Shown: positions 1 through 10,632 of the stretch, in pieces
Layout: each line of letters opens with the position of its first letter
Numbering within the stretch: position 1 is the stretch's first letter
NCBI GenBank assembly: GCA_010093995.1
Contig: ML992501.1
Span: 200,560 to 263,407, forward strand
Direction of reading: 5' to 3'
DNA length: 62,848 nt
Source: Elsinoe ampelina
Taxonomy: Eukaryota
Translations under genes and position numbers: made by a program
The notes under the pieces: model-generated
The model's database searches: none
What the model was told of the DNA's origin: nothing
The model's input: the letters and a program-made list of their open reading frames with translations, nothing else

Positions 1-2132
1 GGGAATGCCCGGGTCAGCTCTGATGAGAGATACAATGTGTGGTTGTTTGATACTACTACTCTTACTTTTCACTTTTCCTCTTGCTTCTGTGAAGACTTTA
101 CTCCTTCTCTTGCTTTGGTGAAGACTTGCTCCTTCTCCATACTGCCAATGCTTTCTCCTAACTTCCCTTTTCTCCCTATCACGCTTCATGCTCTTTGTTA
201 TCTGCCATGTAGCATTGATCACCATTCAAGCCGGCACAAAGGGCGTGGTCTAGGCGATCTCTCTTTGTCATCTTTTTTTTCCCGCACCTGCTGTTCTTTC
301 TGCTACCCAACGATCTGGTCGATGGCAGGAGGACGCAAGGCGTACTGGAAAGGGAGCTTCCTTGAGAGATTCCGCATAGGCTTGGAAGAACGCGTGTCGG
401 TGAGCAAGTACCGGGTTCGGCTTGTAGGGGCCGAAGCAAGGGGTTGTAAGGCTGACTTCAAGGGTGGGGTGGAGAACTGCAGAGTGAAGAGCTGAATGGT
501 TAGTGATTCTGCTTGCTCTAGTGGCTTCTATCCCCACTGTCTTTCAAGTCTTTGTGGTATCGTTTTAGGCCAGTCTCTTCTTGCTCTGATGCTCAACGGG
601 GTCTGGAAAGCGCCCGAGGCCGCGCTGTTTGTCTTGAAACGCTCTTCTGACGCGTACCTGGAAGGTTCTGCTGTGACTATGGGCTGCATCTGGATGTTGA
701 AATTGTAAATGCGGGTGGTTCGCGATGTCTTTTTAGCCTATGCCTGGGTGCTAAACTCATACTAGGATTGTGTCAGTGGGCGTACGCATTGGTTCTTGCG
801 TCTTGGTCACCATCTACCGCTTTGTAGACGCGTGTATTGGCGACCTGACGTTCAGATTGAATTCTCTTGATGATGTCAGGGAAATCTGCTGTCTTTCTGA
901 TTGCATTGGTGATACCCTGGGAGGGTGGTCTGTTGTCTGATCGTCTGAAGTTGTCATAGCGATGCGTTTCGATGGCCTCGGACGCGAATGGTTGAAGGAA
1001 GGATGGTCTATAGTACTTCCACCCACAGTTGGCAGCGTGTCGGTCTCCGTGATGTCGTGATGATGCGAAGGCTCTTTAGAGGGCCCAGTAGAGGAGCAGT
1101 CCCTGAGGATGTCAGCCATCAAACGACACCTCCGGCAGTACCCTGCCAGCGGTCGCGCCTCCGACGATATGCCCGTCGCTTGTAGCGGCTCTGCGTCTTT
1201 GTATCCGCAGCCTAGACGCCGCCGTAATGCATCCTCTTTGTCATGAATCGTACCTCCTCTTTGTCCGTGATGCTTGACCCAGTCCGTGGCGCCTTCTTGA
1301 AACATCGTAGCATGGTCTGGGTGTGCTGACACTCGTTGACAAGGATCATCTGCTGCTGCAATGGGCCGAAGGTGCAGCAGCTTAGAGTAGCCGATGGTAG
1401 TGCAGAATGGGAGTGGATCGGGCTTAGTCTTGTGTCCTCTGTCGAAGGGGACTGTGCGTGATTTGTGGAAAGGCAGGGCTGGGTGGATCCTGTTGCAGGT
1501 CAGTAGTCGGTGCAAAACAGCAACAGTGACAAGTAGAACCGACGGCCATCATTGATAGGAGCCTGCTCGTAGTCTCGATCTTGAAATCAATGTCATTGGC
1601 ATATACTATCAATGCTGTACTGTGGATATGCTGGTTCATTTGGGGACAGACCCCCTCGCAGATCCACCAGGAGCACTAGACGATGTGGTACAAGTCATTG
1701 ATCCTGCATGATCGCCTCCTGAGCATTTCCCGTGTACAACAGAGCAGCAAGCGACCTGACTACAAAGAGCCCCCTTGTCTCAATGTTCCTCTGCTGTCTT
1801 CATTCCCATCTAACCTCGACGTAATGTGGACAGCATCGACGCGTTCCCCCAACATGGACCTCCAAACACGTCCCGAGGGAGCGTCACATGGAAGAGGGCC
1901 GAGCTTTCCACCCAGCGAGGCTTCCAGAATCACAATAATTGATCTCACTTACGACTCTTCACCTCCTTCTTCACCACCATCAGCACCTTCTTTGTTTCAC
2001 GAACATCAAACCTCTTTCAATATCATCCGCGCAACAAAGACTGCTCGTTCCTTACCAGCTCTCACCATAACAAAGCGACCATCACCAATATCATCACCGT
2101 CGCCGCCACTCACATCTCACTCACACATCACA

Positions 2133-5100
2133 ATGGCACCAAAACCCAAGGTAAAATACGATCCGAAGCTCCTCTTCCAGCAGCATGAGCTCGACAACAT
2201 ATTTCCTACCGGCAGACTGCTCGCTCGCGTCCAAGAAGTCGGCGGCAGTGCAGCCCTTCAGCAATCCCGTGAGGATGTGTTGAGAAATTTCAACCGCGAC
2301 AACCGTGCTGGCATGGAAGTCCTCAACCAGGAGAAGATCGAACGAGACTTGCTGGAGAAAGAAGAAGCAAAGAAGAAGAAAGAAGAAGAGGACGAGCGCA
2401 AGAGGCTCGAGGCTGAAGAGGGCGGCGACAGTAACCCTGTCGTCGACCTCGAGGAAGCCGAAGAGGAGTCCGTCGCGACGCGCACTCGCCGTCGCTCAAC
2501 CAGGGCGGAGACTGCTAGGTATGAGACTCACCTCGACCAAACTCACATGAACATCCTTGCTAATGGTTCAAGCAGTGGCACCCCTGGACCGGACCCTACC
2601 GGCTCAACATTGAGCATGCCAGGTGGTAGGGCCACTGGCACCACCACCTCGGCACGACCGAGCAAGACGTCGACCTCACATGGCGGCGCAACCCCTTCCT
2701 CGCAGAGTACCACGACGCGTAAGTCCAACCCTCCTCCATACCCTTGTGCAACTAAGCAGCTAACATTGTCGCCAGATGGTACCAGACGCCCGACCCCCCG
2801 CTTTCCCCCTCTTCGTGCGCCAACCTCCGCCCCACCTCCCCCCACCACATCCTCTCCCGCCCCTCCTTCAACCTCCTCTCCCGCCCCTTCCACCACCGCT
2901 ACCCCAACGAGTAGCGGTGCTCCTGCCCGCGCACGTGGCCGTCCCCGTGGCACCACTCGTACCGAGCCAAAGTGCCTCAACTGTCAGAAAGACAAGAAGG
3001 GGTGCGACCGCGCCAGACCATGCGCAATGTGTGTGCAGAAGAAGAAGAAAGAGTGCGTTTACCCTGGCGACAGAGAGGGTGACGGAGATGTAGTCATGAC
3101 CGGTGGCGACGACGACGAAGATGACAGGGAGACTCAGACTGGACCTGGCGCTGGAGCTGGATTCTTTGGTGGCCTTGGAGGAGGTTCTGGTAGTTTTGCC
3201 ACTAATGCAGAGGTCCGCCGCTACTCTGCTCCTTTTGGTGAATCTGACCTGCCCTCGAACCCATTGCAACGACGACCCACTATGCCTGATGTCTATGGCA
3301 GCAACGCCCCGTCTGGTAGTAATGCCGTGTTTAGGTCTCGAATGCCTGGTTATGATAACTTTTTTTCGATTCCCGACATAGGCCAAATCAGGGGGACTGA
3401 ACGAGCACCTGACCGTGAGGTCCCTGCCGGGGCGAGACCCGACTATCAGCCCCCGAGGTTCCAAGGTGGCCGCGACCCAAATTTCGGACTTGATGGTGCA
3501 CACGATCTGGGCGGATCTGGATCTCGTGTCGGTCCTCGCCTCAGTTACGATGGTACACTCTACGATCCGAGCGGTACTCAGCGGCGCCCTCAAGTGCCAT
3601 CTACATATGGTGGGCCTCCGTTGGCACCCTGGGAGACGCCGAGCTCCTACGGTTATAGCAGACCAGTCAATACCTCCGACGGAACCCGCAGATCGATTGG
3701 TGGCTATGGACATGACCACACGGGTCGCGGCCGGCCAGATCAAGGCTACAACCATTCCACTGCCAGCACCGGCTATCCACCCGGTAACACAGCATCCAAC
3801 TCAGGCAATCAGTCAAGCTATCGACCCCAACTCTCGACCGCGTCGAATCGGACCAGCCACAACGAGGGTGACAAGAATCCTCGACGTTCGGGACGTGGTA
3901 ACAGTGGTCGTAACAGCGGGAGTGGAAGCCAGGGAGGCGGCGGAAACGGCGGTGGCGACAAAAGAAGGGGCGGAGCAGCTAGTGCCCCCGACGGCGATGG
4001 GGACGACAGCGGTGACGAGAGTTCCGACTCGGCCCTTACTGAAAATTCGGCCCGTACTCCTCCCCCTAAAACGCCAAGTCACAAGACTGGCGAGGACGAG
4101 GATGACGACGAGGACAATGGCGACCAGGACGATGATGACGAGGACGAAGACGACAATCAGGACAACTCCACCGACGCAGCCATCCGGACATATATGAAAC
4201 GCGCCAACCGCATGGAGAACGATCCATCCAAAGAGGCCAGAGGCAAAGCATGTCGATTCTGTCGCGCCGGCAAGAGGCCCGGGTGTACGTGGGATGAGGA
4301 GCATGGCTGTTGCACTCGATGCTGGGCTGCTCATCATGGCGGTGACTGTTTCTACTGGAGAGGGCAACCTGGTCCAGCGAACTTCGCATGCCATAATTGT
4401 CGGAACGGGAGGATCTCAATGGACTGTGACCATGGTCGACCTTGTCGCGCTTGTGTTGAGGCAGGCAAAGCTAATCAATGTTTCTACGATGGCGACGATA
4501 CCGACGAGGACAACGAGCAAGTCAAGAAGGATTATGTCCCCGACCAGAATGGAGGCAGAGATCCCGCTGAACGGGCAGCTGCTCGACGCGCAAAGAAGGC
4601 TGCTGAAGCTGCTGCGGCTGCTGATGAGGACGAAGACGCCCCAAAGGGTCAGCAGAAGCGCAAGAGGGACGCCAACGATGATGCCCAGAAGCCAAAGAAG
4701 AAGAAGACCAAGGCGGTGCACAACGAGGATGACAGCGACGAAGTCCTTCGCGATGCCGACGACGACGACGACGATGATGAAGAGCTGTACAAGCCTGGTC
4801 CGACGCTTTCACGCCGCAAGGGCAATGAGGTCGTGCGACCGACTTCCGTCACTACCACCGCTCCCAAGACCAACAAGACATCGGGTCAGACCAGAAAGAC
4901 AAGCACCGCTTCGCAGACCAACAAGACCTCGGCGCAGTCCAGGAAGACAAGCGCTACTCACGGCACCTCGAATCGTCAAGCCGTACAGACAGGCTTCACT
5001 CCCACCGAGCAAAGCTTCCGCAAGTTGACCATCCAAAGCCCGACTGAGCATCCTGTGGTGCGAATCGGTCGTGGGCCTTTCAATCCGCTGGTCGCCGAGG

Positions 5101-6530
5101 CACAAGCTCTTGCAGACAATATCTCCACTCCATCTGGCGGACCATCTGGCGAACCATCTGGCAAACCATCGGCTTATTCCAGGGGACGATCAAGCCAGAA
5201 GGCTGCTGAACTGCTGTCACCTTTACTCCAGCCAACGAGCCGGCCGAGACCCATCAGTCCCAAGAGCGTGAAAGACACAGCCAAGCACTTCAACGACATC
5301 ACCACAACGTATCTGGCTAGAGCACGCAAGGAGAACGCCGAGCGCTTGGAAAAGGCGAAGGACAACACGATCGAGAAGCAGGACCGCACGCTTCTGGAGG
5401 CCATCTTCTCCGACGCGAGTAGAGCCTCGAGCAACCTCGGCCCAGATGACCCAGAAGATGTTGAGCTACACATCTGCGATGTTGCCGATGCCGATCATCT
5501 GCTTGACCCCAAGAATGACAAGATTCCGAGAGACATTCCATTGCTGGTCCGCGGGGCTCAGATGTTCCGCTTCCGAGACGAAGAGCAATACGGTCGTCCC
5601 ATCGTTCAGTTTCTGAGCACCTTCGGAGATGACGACATGATTCAAGTGCAGGACCCGGGCCGGGCTCAGAATTCAGAGAAGAGGGTGACGGACACCAGCA
5701 TCAAGGCCTTGAGGCAGCGCATCACAGGCGAGGCACAGCGCAGGTTCCCTTACAACGCTTTGGACCTGCCTATCAAGTACGGCAACGCCGGGTTCATTCC
5801 TCCAACCTTCGTCGCCGGCCAGGAAGACGCCTCACTGCTCAACGATGTTGACAATCACATCAAGAGCAACTCGGTAGTGAAAATTGGCTCGAAGATGGTC
5901 GAACGCGGCAGTGAAGTCGCTTCACGCACCAACAGCACCCCTCGCAGCGACGGCATCCAGCCCTTTGCTGACAAACTCATGATCGCTCTCTGCGCAGAAG
6001 GCGGATCATGCACAGCGCCCCATCAAGACGCCTTCGGTTACCGCACCTGGGTGACCGCACAAGACGGCAACCTCCTCTGGCTCTGGCTCCACCGTCCCAC
6101 CGAGGAGCAACAAGTGGCCGTCTTTGACGCCATCGCTGGGACCCGCGAGTTACCGGAGTATCTACCCTGGGTGGGCGTCGTCCTCGAGCCAGATTGGACC
6201 CTCACCATGCCGCCCGGCACGATCCACGCCGTGGTGCGCGTCAAGCAGGAGCACACGTTGCTGTTCGCGGGGCACTACTTGTGTCGGTCCGAGGTGGTGG
6301 AGTGGTTGGATACGGTTATCTTGCAGAAGCAGCATCCGACTAGTCGCAATGAGGACGATGAGGTGGGAGTGCGGCAGTTGGTCAAGGTGGTGAAGGGGAT
6401 GTTGGTAAAGGTCAAGGCTGGGGGATGCTCGGGGTTGAAGGCGGAGGATTTTGGAGGGAAGAAGGTGGTTGAGGAGGCCTTGACGAAGATCAGGACGTTT
6501 GAGGAGATGGATGTCGAGGAGGAGTTGTAG
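2133..6530 (+). CDS. Large chromatin-type protein: AT-hook + three Zn(II)2Cys6-like clusters + C-terminal JmjC-like dioxygenase domain (paralogue A)
   Basis: Open ORF 1683-6530; the likely start is ATG 2133 (cacaATGG context, MAPKPKVKYD). RARGRPRG AT-hook (~2928-2950) lies just before CLNC-x6-C-x5-C-x2-C-x7-C (2973-3056). Two more six-Cys clusters at ~4251-4350 and ~4389-4482. JmjC-like core GSCTAPHQDAFGYRTWV...G..LW.W...LEPDWTLTMPPGTIHAV, with H at 6021, D at 6027 and H at 6225. Confidence 0.85.
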   Translation: MAPKPKVKYDPKLLFQQHELDNIFPTGRLLARVQEVGGSAALQQSREDVLRNFNRDNRAGMEVLNQEKIERDLLEKEEAKKKKEEEDERKRLEAEEGGDSNPVVDLEEAEEESVATRTRRRSTRAETARYETHLDQTHMNILANGSSSGTPGPDPTGSTLSMPGGRATGTTTSARPSKTSTSHGGATPSSQSTTTRKSNPPPYPCATKQLTLSPDGTRRPTPRFPPLRAPTSAPPPPTTSSPAPPSTSSPAPSTTATPTSSGAPARARGRPRGTTRTEPKCLNCQKDKKGCDRARPCAMCVQKKKKECVYPGDREGDGDVVMTGGDDDEDDRETQTGPGAGAGFFGGLGGGSGSFATNAEVRRYSAPFGESDLPSNPLQRRPTMPDVYGSNAPSGSNAVFRSRMPGYDNFFSIPDIGQIRGTERAPDREVPAGARPDYQPPRFQGGRDPNFGLDGAHDLGGSGSRVGPRLSYDGTLYDPSGTQRRPQVPSTYGGPPLAPWETPSSYGYSRPVNTSDGTRRSIGGYGHDHTGRGRPDQGYNHSTASTGYPPGNTASNSGNQSSYRPQLSTASNRTSHNEGDKNPRRSGRGNSGRNSGSGSQGGGGNGGGDKRRGGAASAPDGDGDDSGDESSDSALTENSARTPPPKTPSHKTGEDEDDDEDNGDQDDDDEDEDDNQDNSTDAAIRTYMKRANRMENDPSKEARGKACRFCRAGKRPGCTWDEEHGCCTRCWAAHHGGDCFYWRGQPGPANFACHNCRNGRISMDCDHGRPCRACVEAGKANQCFYDGDDTDEDNEQVKKDYVPDQNGGRDPAERAAARRAKKAAEAAAAADEDEDAPKGQQKRKRDANDDAQKPKKKKTKAVHNEDDSDEVLRDADDDDDDDEELYKPGPTLSRRKGNEVVRPTSVTTTAPKTNKTSGQTRKTSTASQTNKTSAQSRKTSATHGTSNRQAVQTGFTPTEQSFRKLTIQSPTEHPVVRIGRGPFNPLVAEAQALADNISTPSGGPSGEPSGKPSAYSRGRSSQKAAELLSPLLQPTSRPRPISPKSVKDTAKHFNDITTTYLARARKENAERLEKAKDNTIEKQDRTLLEAIFSDASRASSNLGPDDPEDVELHICDVADADHLLDPKNDKIPRDIPLLVRGAQMFRFRDEEQYGRPIVQFLSTFGDDDMIQVQDPGRAQNSEKRVTDTSIKALRQRITGEAQRRFPYNALDLPIKYGNAGFIPPTFVAGQEDASLLNDVDNHIKSNSVVKIGSKMVERGSEVASRTNSTPRSDGIQPFADKLMIALCAEGGSCTAPHQDAFGYRTWVTAQDGNLLWLWLHRPTEEQQVAVFDAIAGTRELPEYLPWVGVVLEPDWTLTMPPGTIHAVVRVKQEHTLLFAGHYLCRSEVVEWLDTVILQKQHPTSRNEDDEVGVRQLVKVVKGMLVKVKAGGCSGLKAEDFGGKKVVEEALTKIRTFEEMDVEEEL

Positions 6531-7964
6531 ATTGAGGGCGACGGTTGCGCATGGGAGGTGGGAAGGATAGACGCATCGTTGTTGCTTTGGAGATTGGCCG
6601 GTAGACTCGAATGTACTTTGCTTGATGCCTACGAAGGCCTTTGTGCCAACCCGTTGCTGTGCAGGTTTGCAAAAGGTATGTCCAAATTGTCGCCTTGACT
6701 CGCGCTCCCAGTGTTGGTGAGATTTCAGCTCCCCAGGTAGGTTCGAGTTTTGCTCACAGGATCGCACTTTTATTTCACCTGCTCTTTCTCCAGTACATCT
6801 GTCGCACAGTAATCCGGTACATGGCTAGCACAATGGGCCTCCCGCTAGCTCTGCCCATCGTACAGGCATGTCGTTACCTGCTTGGGGGATATACAGCATG
6901 GCGCAGTTGAGCGTGTGGGTAGCTTCGAAGCTGTGGGAAGAGGCGTTCGGTTGGTGTCCTTTACAAGAACGATACCTCGCACAGCCTTGGTATGCGATGA
7001 ATGTTCCCTGACCTTGCTGACCTGATCGCATCTGATCGTGGGTCCAGTCGAGCATGGGTCTTGGTAGTTGGTATCCGTGGATGGAGCAGTAGCAAATCGA
7101 GTTTCCGCTATACAAGTTCCCACGCGCGACCACTTCGCACGATCGTAGGCCAATGTCGATATCGTTGTCCGTGGTGATATGGGAACATGTCATGCCGAAG
7201 ATTGCGACTTGGTGCGATCTTGCATTGTGCAGAAGAAGCAAAGATGTGGATGTGAGCGTGATGGTGCCGGACTGGGTGAAGTCTGTCCCAAACCTTGGCG
7301 ATCCGACCCAGGTCTTGACCACATCTCCTTTTTCAACGAACTTGTCACCATGCTTCAAGCGATCTTTCACAATAGATATGATCAATGTTGATGACTTGGT
7401 GTATCTAGATGACGAAGCTTCAATTATCATAGCACAATGGAGGGAGATAGTATGGAGCTAGTTCTTGGACCTTCGACTGAGCAGACAAGCCTAAGCGATT
7501 CTCCAACCCCTTGCAACTGTGCTCCCGTTTCCTGTTCCATAGCAAAGTCGCAGCTCTCGCACTAGTCTGGGCAGTATGAGACCGAGCCTCACGAGTGCCT
7601 TGCGAATGTGCTCTCCTCCGACTGCATCGCTTACCAAGGGTTCAGGATGACCTTGCGTCCTCCCCAGAATGGACCTTGTGCCTCTACTCTATCGCCAGCA
7701 ACTGACACACCAGGTAACCTCATTGGCCCAAGCCAGATAATGATATGAGCCATGTTTCTTCAAACGATGAAGCATATACATGTCGAAGCTCTGGACAAAG
7801 AATGCTAGAAGTGATGACACGACACAGAACAAAGACTTATCTGGTCATGGCCGGATGCGGCCCAGCCTGAGCATAACAATGACCTACCTTGTAACGATGT
7901 CTGAAAAATATTCCTACCTCAGTCGCCTTCCTTCCTCGGGCTTGCTCTGTCATACGTTGAGACG

Positions 7965-9956
7965 ATGACTGGTCGAAGACGATCTTCCCAACCTACCACT
8001 CCTGCTCGTTCAACCAGGAGGGTTAACAGAGAGCCACAAGTAGACACGCATGTCGGACGACGAAATACTAGAAGTAGCAGCCGGCACGAACCTATTGTTA
8101 TATCAGATGACGAAGGTGAGTACAACCAGGCTCTCGACACTCCGCAACAGGCCGCCTTCGAACGTGCAGTAAGCGAGCTGAGCAACGTCTCTCTGCACTC
8201 CCCAGCGCTGGAAAGGAATCGACGCCGAATGGCCGGAGACGGCGCTGTAGATGAAGATTCTGAGCTCTCTCCTGTCAGTCCGCGCACATCGACGCTCCGC
8301 AGCTCAGTACGTCGATCGCAGTTGCGGGACAGACACCACCAAGCTGCGAGCCGCATGGAAGAGGACGAGCCCCAGACCGGACGGAGACAGCTGAAGCGCA
8401 GGCGGGAGGACACTAGTGAAGAGCCTGAGGAAGGCGAATGGCGCGTCCATATGCGTCACAGAAGGAGGCGAATGCTCCCCCATCCACCTGAGATAGAGAC
8501 CGACTTGGACTCCGCAGGTGAGCCGGAAGCCGATGAAGGTCCCCGCCGTTCTCCTCGAGATCAAGGCACAACACTCTTCGAAGGACGAGATGCATTTGCC
8601 TTCCTCGTCGAGCGCCAAGCTACTCTCCAGAGCTACCTCCGTGCCGCCATCCTGGAGAACACGGCGAGGTACAACCGGATCGAGAGTGATGAGTCCACCT
8701 ACGAGCGCTGGACCCGGAAAATGATTGGGGAACTACTACCACACTGCCACTTCCCAGTCACCAATCTCGACACCGAAAGGGCTTGGGCCGATGTTGAGCT
8801 TTTTGTTGGCAACAATGCCGATGTGAAAGATATGCTCAGCACGACAAACCCGGTCCCGAGAGGTATACCGCTGTTGATTCAAGGAGCTCAGAAATATCCT
8901 TTCGACGATGAGTTCGGTGCCAGTCCTCTTGAGCAGTTCCTCGGCGAATTCCAAGACAGAATGGAAGTGCAAGTCCAGAACCTTGGCAGGAAGTACTGGC
9001 ATTCTTCTTTCGAGACTTTGCACATGAGGGAGTTCCGTCGCCATATACTTGGCACCAGGCGTATTCGAGGGAGGACTCTTGAAGCCCTCGACCTGCCATT
9101 CATTACTGGTGGAGCAGATCTTGCTGTGCCCGACTTCCTAAAGACATATCGCGATGCCTGGTTCCTGCATGACATTGATGCTCACATCAATACGCATGGC
9201 CAAATCTGGTATCCGAATGAGATAGAGCCGAGATGGGAAGGTTCGGTGGTGGCTTCTCGTGTGAGTCTCGGTACTAACCCACGATCTGATAAGATTCAGA
9301 TTTGGGGCGACAAGAATAAATTCGCGCTGGCCGCAGACGGAGGAGCTGTTACGGGCGTTCATGAGCATGCTCTTGGTATGGGAACTTGGGTCACAGTCTG
9401 CGAAGGTTCTGTTCTCTGGTGCTGGCTGAATCCTTCCGAAGTCACAGAGGAACAGAAGGTTTCTGTGTACGACACCATCGACAGACATGGTCGGCCGCTT
9501 CGTCGTGACCTGCCATGGCGAGCTGTTATCTTACAGCCAGGTGACACCTTTGTCATGTTCCCAGGTACAATGCATGCTGTGGTGAGAACAAAGACTGAAA
9601 GGTCGCTGATGTTTTCGGGTCATTTCCTCCTTCGAAGCTCGCTCTCGACATGGATCGACGTTGTCATGCTTCAGCTACTGCACAAGGGTGCTTGCAATGA
9701 AGGTCCAGGGGACCGAGCAAGACAAGTGTTGACGATCGTGTGGGAAATCCTAGAACAAGCCCTTGACAATCATGCAGGTGGTCTGAGAGCTGAAGACTTC
9801 GGCGACACAGCAGATGTCCGATCGACATTGGTGAAGCTCAATGATGCTTTCCAGCTGATTGATGAGCTGGATGCAGCGAGCGAGTCGGCTGATTCAGAGC
9901 AGCCGAGAGAAGATCCCAACGAGATGGTGGATTTCATTACATCCAGTTCAGAATAG
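7965..9956 (+). CDS. JmjC-like domain protein, paralogue B (HxH...H triad)
   Basis: 663-aa ORF with an Arg-rich disordered N-terminus. The C-terminal ~400 aa is collinear with paralogue A (PRGIPLLIQGA, QVQNLG, ALDLP, GSVVASR, PRSD). Core is GAVTGVHEHALGMGTWV...LQPGDTFVMFPGTMHAV, with H at 9360, H at 9366 and H at 9573. Confidence 0.85.
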   Translation: MTGRRRSSQPTTPARSTRRVNREPQVDTHVGRRNTRSSSRHEPIVISDDEGEYNQALDTPQQAAFERAVSELSNVSLHSPALERNRRRMAGDGAVDEDSELSPVSPRTSTLRSSVRRSQLRDRHHQAASRMEEDEPQTGRRQLKRRREDTSEEPEEGEWRVHMRHRRRRMLPHPPEIETDLDSAGEPEADEGPRRSPRDQGTTLFEGRDAFAFLVERQATLQSYLRAAILENTARYNRIESDESTYERWTRKMIGELLPHCHFPVTNLDTERAWADVELFVGNNADVKDMLSTTNPVPRGIPLLIQGAQKYPFDDEFGASPLEQFLGEFQDRMEVQVQNLGRKYWHSSFETLHMREFRRHILGTRRIRGRTLEALDLPFITGGADLAVPDFLKTYRDAWFLHDIDAHINTHGQIWYPNEIEPRWEGSVVASRVSLGTNPRSDKIQIWGDKNKFALAADGGAVTGVHEHALGMGTWVTVCEGSVLWCWLNPSEVTEEQKVSVYDTIDRHGRPLRRDLPWRAVILQPGDTFVMFPGTMHAVVRTKTERSLMFSGHFLLRSSLSTWIDVVMLQLLHKGACNEGPGDRARQVLTIVWEILEQALDNHAGGLRAEDFGDTADVRSTLVKLNDAFQLIDELDAASESADSEQPREDPNEMVDFITSSSE

Positions 9957-10632
9957 ATTAGTTGCTGTGAATCTGTACTTCCAGCTCTTGACATTCCCAC
10001 CCCAGGCAGTCTTTACAGGCTATGATCTTCCATGACGAGAGAAGCGACCCGGTCGAGCTGCGAACTTCGCCAGCCAAGCCGTGTGGCCAATCAGCTTCCT
10101 TCCGTCGGCCAGACAATGGACAAAGCCAAGCCGCATTGTTGCATCTAGGAGCCGCGATGAGCCCGTTTTGTTATCCTTGGCAGTACTTCCAGGGTCCTTC
10201 GATGCTAGATGTCAAGGCCCAGTAGGCAACGCGCGCCCCAACCCTCGACTGCTAGACTTCTCCTTCACCAGCTTCCCCTCGCCTTGATCACCTTCATCTT
10301 CTCTTCCAGCTAGAAACTCCCTCCGAAGGCCAGCATATCAATAAGCCTACCGAAGAACAAGCCGATCGTCTTGATGCTCGCTGCTGAACATCGCTCGATC
10401 AACCTGCAGCCAGATAGTACCCTACACAACCTCTTCTTCGCAGTCGCCGCTCGAGACCTTACGATCCAGTGAGCGCGTTACACGAGCTTGCCCATCAAGA
10501 ACAGACTGCAATCGCCTAAACCTTCCCGTCTCCTTCGCGTCCCGTCGCTGTCAATCGCAGCCATTCACGCGATGGGTGTTTGACGTCCTCGACTGTCCAT
10601 CACCACGAACAAGACATCCAACGGAGATCGTC

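Noticed and set aside
1..1640. ORFs 37-495, 268-537 and 814-1515, and a short ~29-bp imperfect repeat near 80-138
   Set aside because: No recognisable motifs or consistent splice structure. A gene remnant is possible but cannot be supported.
1683..2132. 5' extension of the 1615-aa ORF upstream of MAPKPK
   Set aside because: Pyrimidine-rich, 5'UTR-like sequence ending in a strong cacaATGG context at 2133. It is probably non-coding, although an upstream start cannot be excluded.
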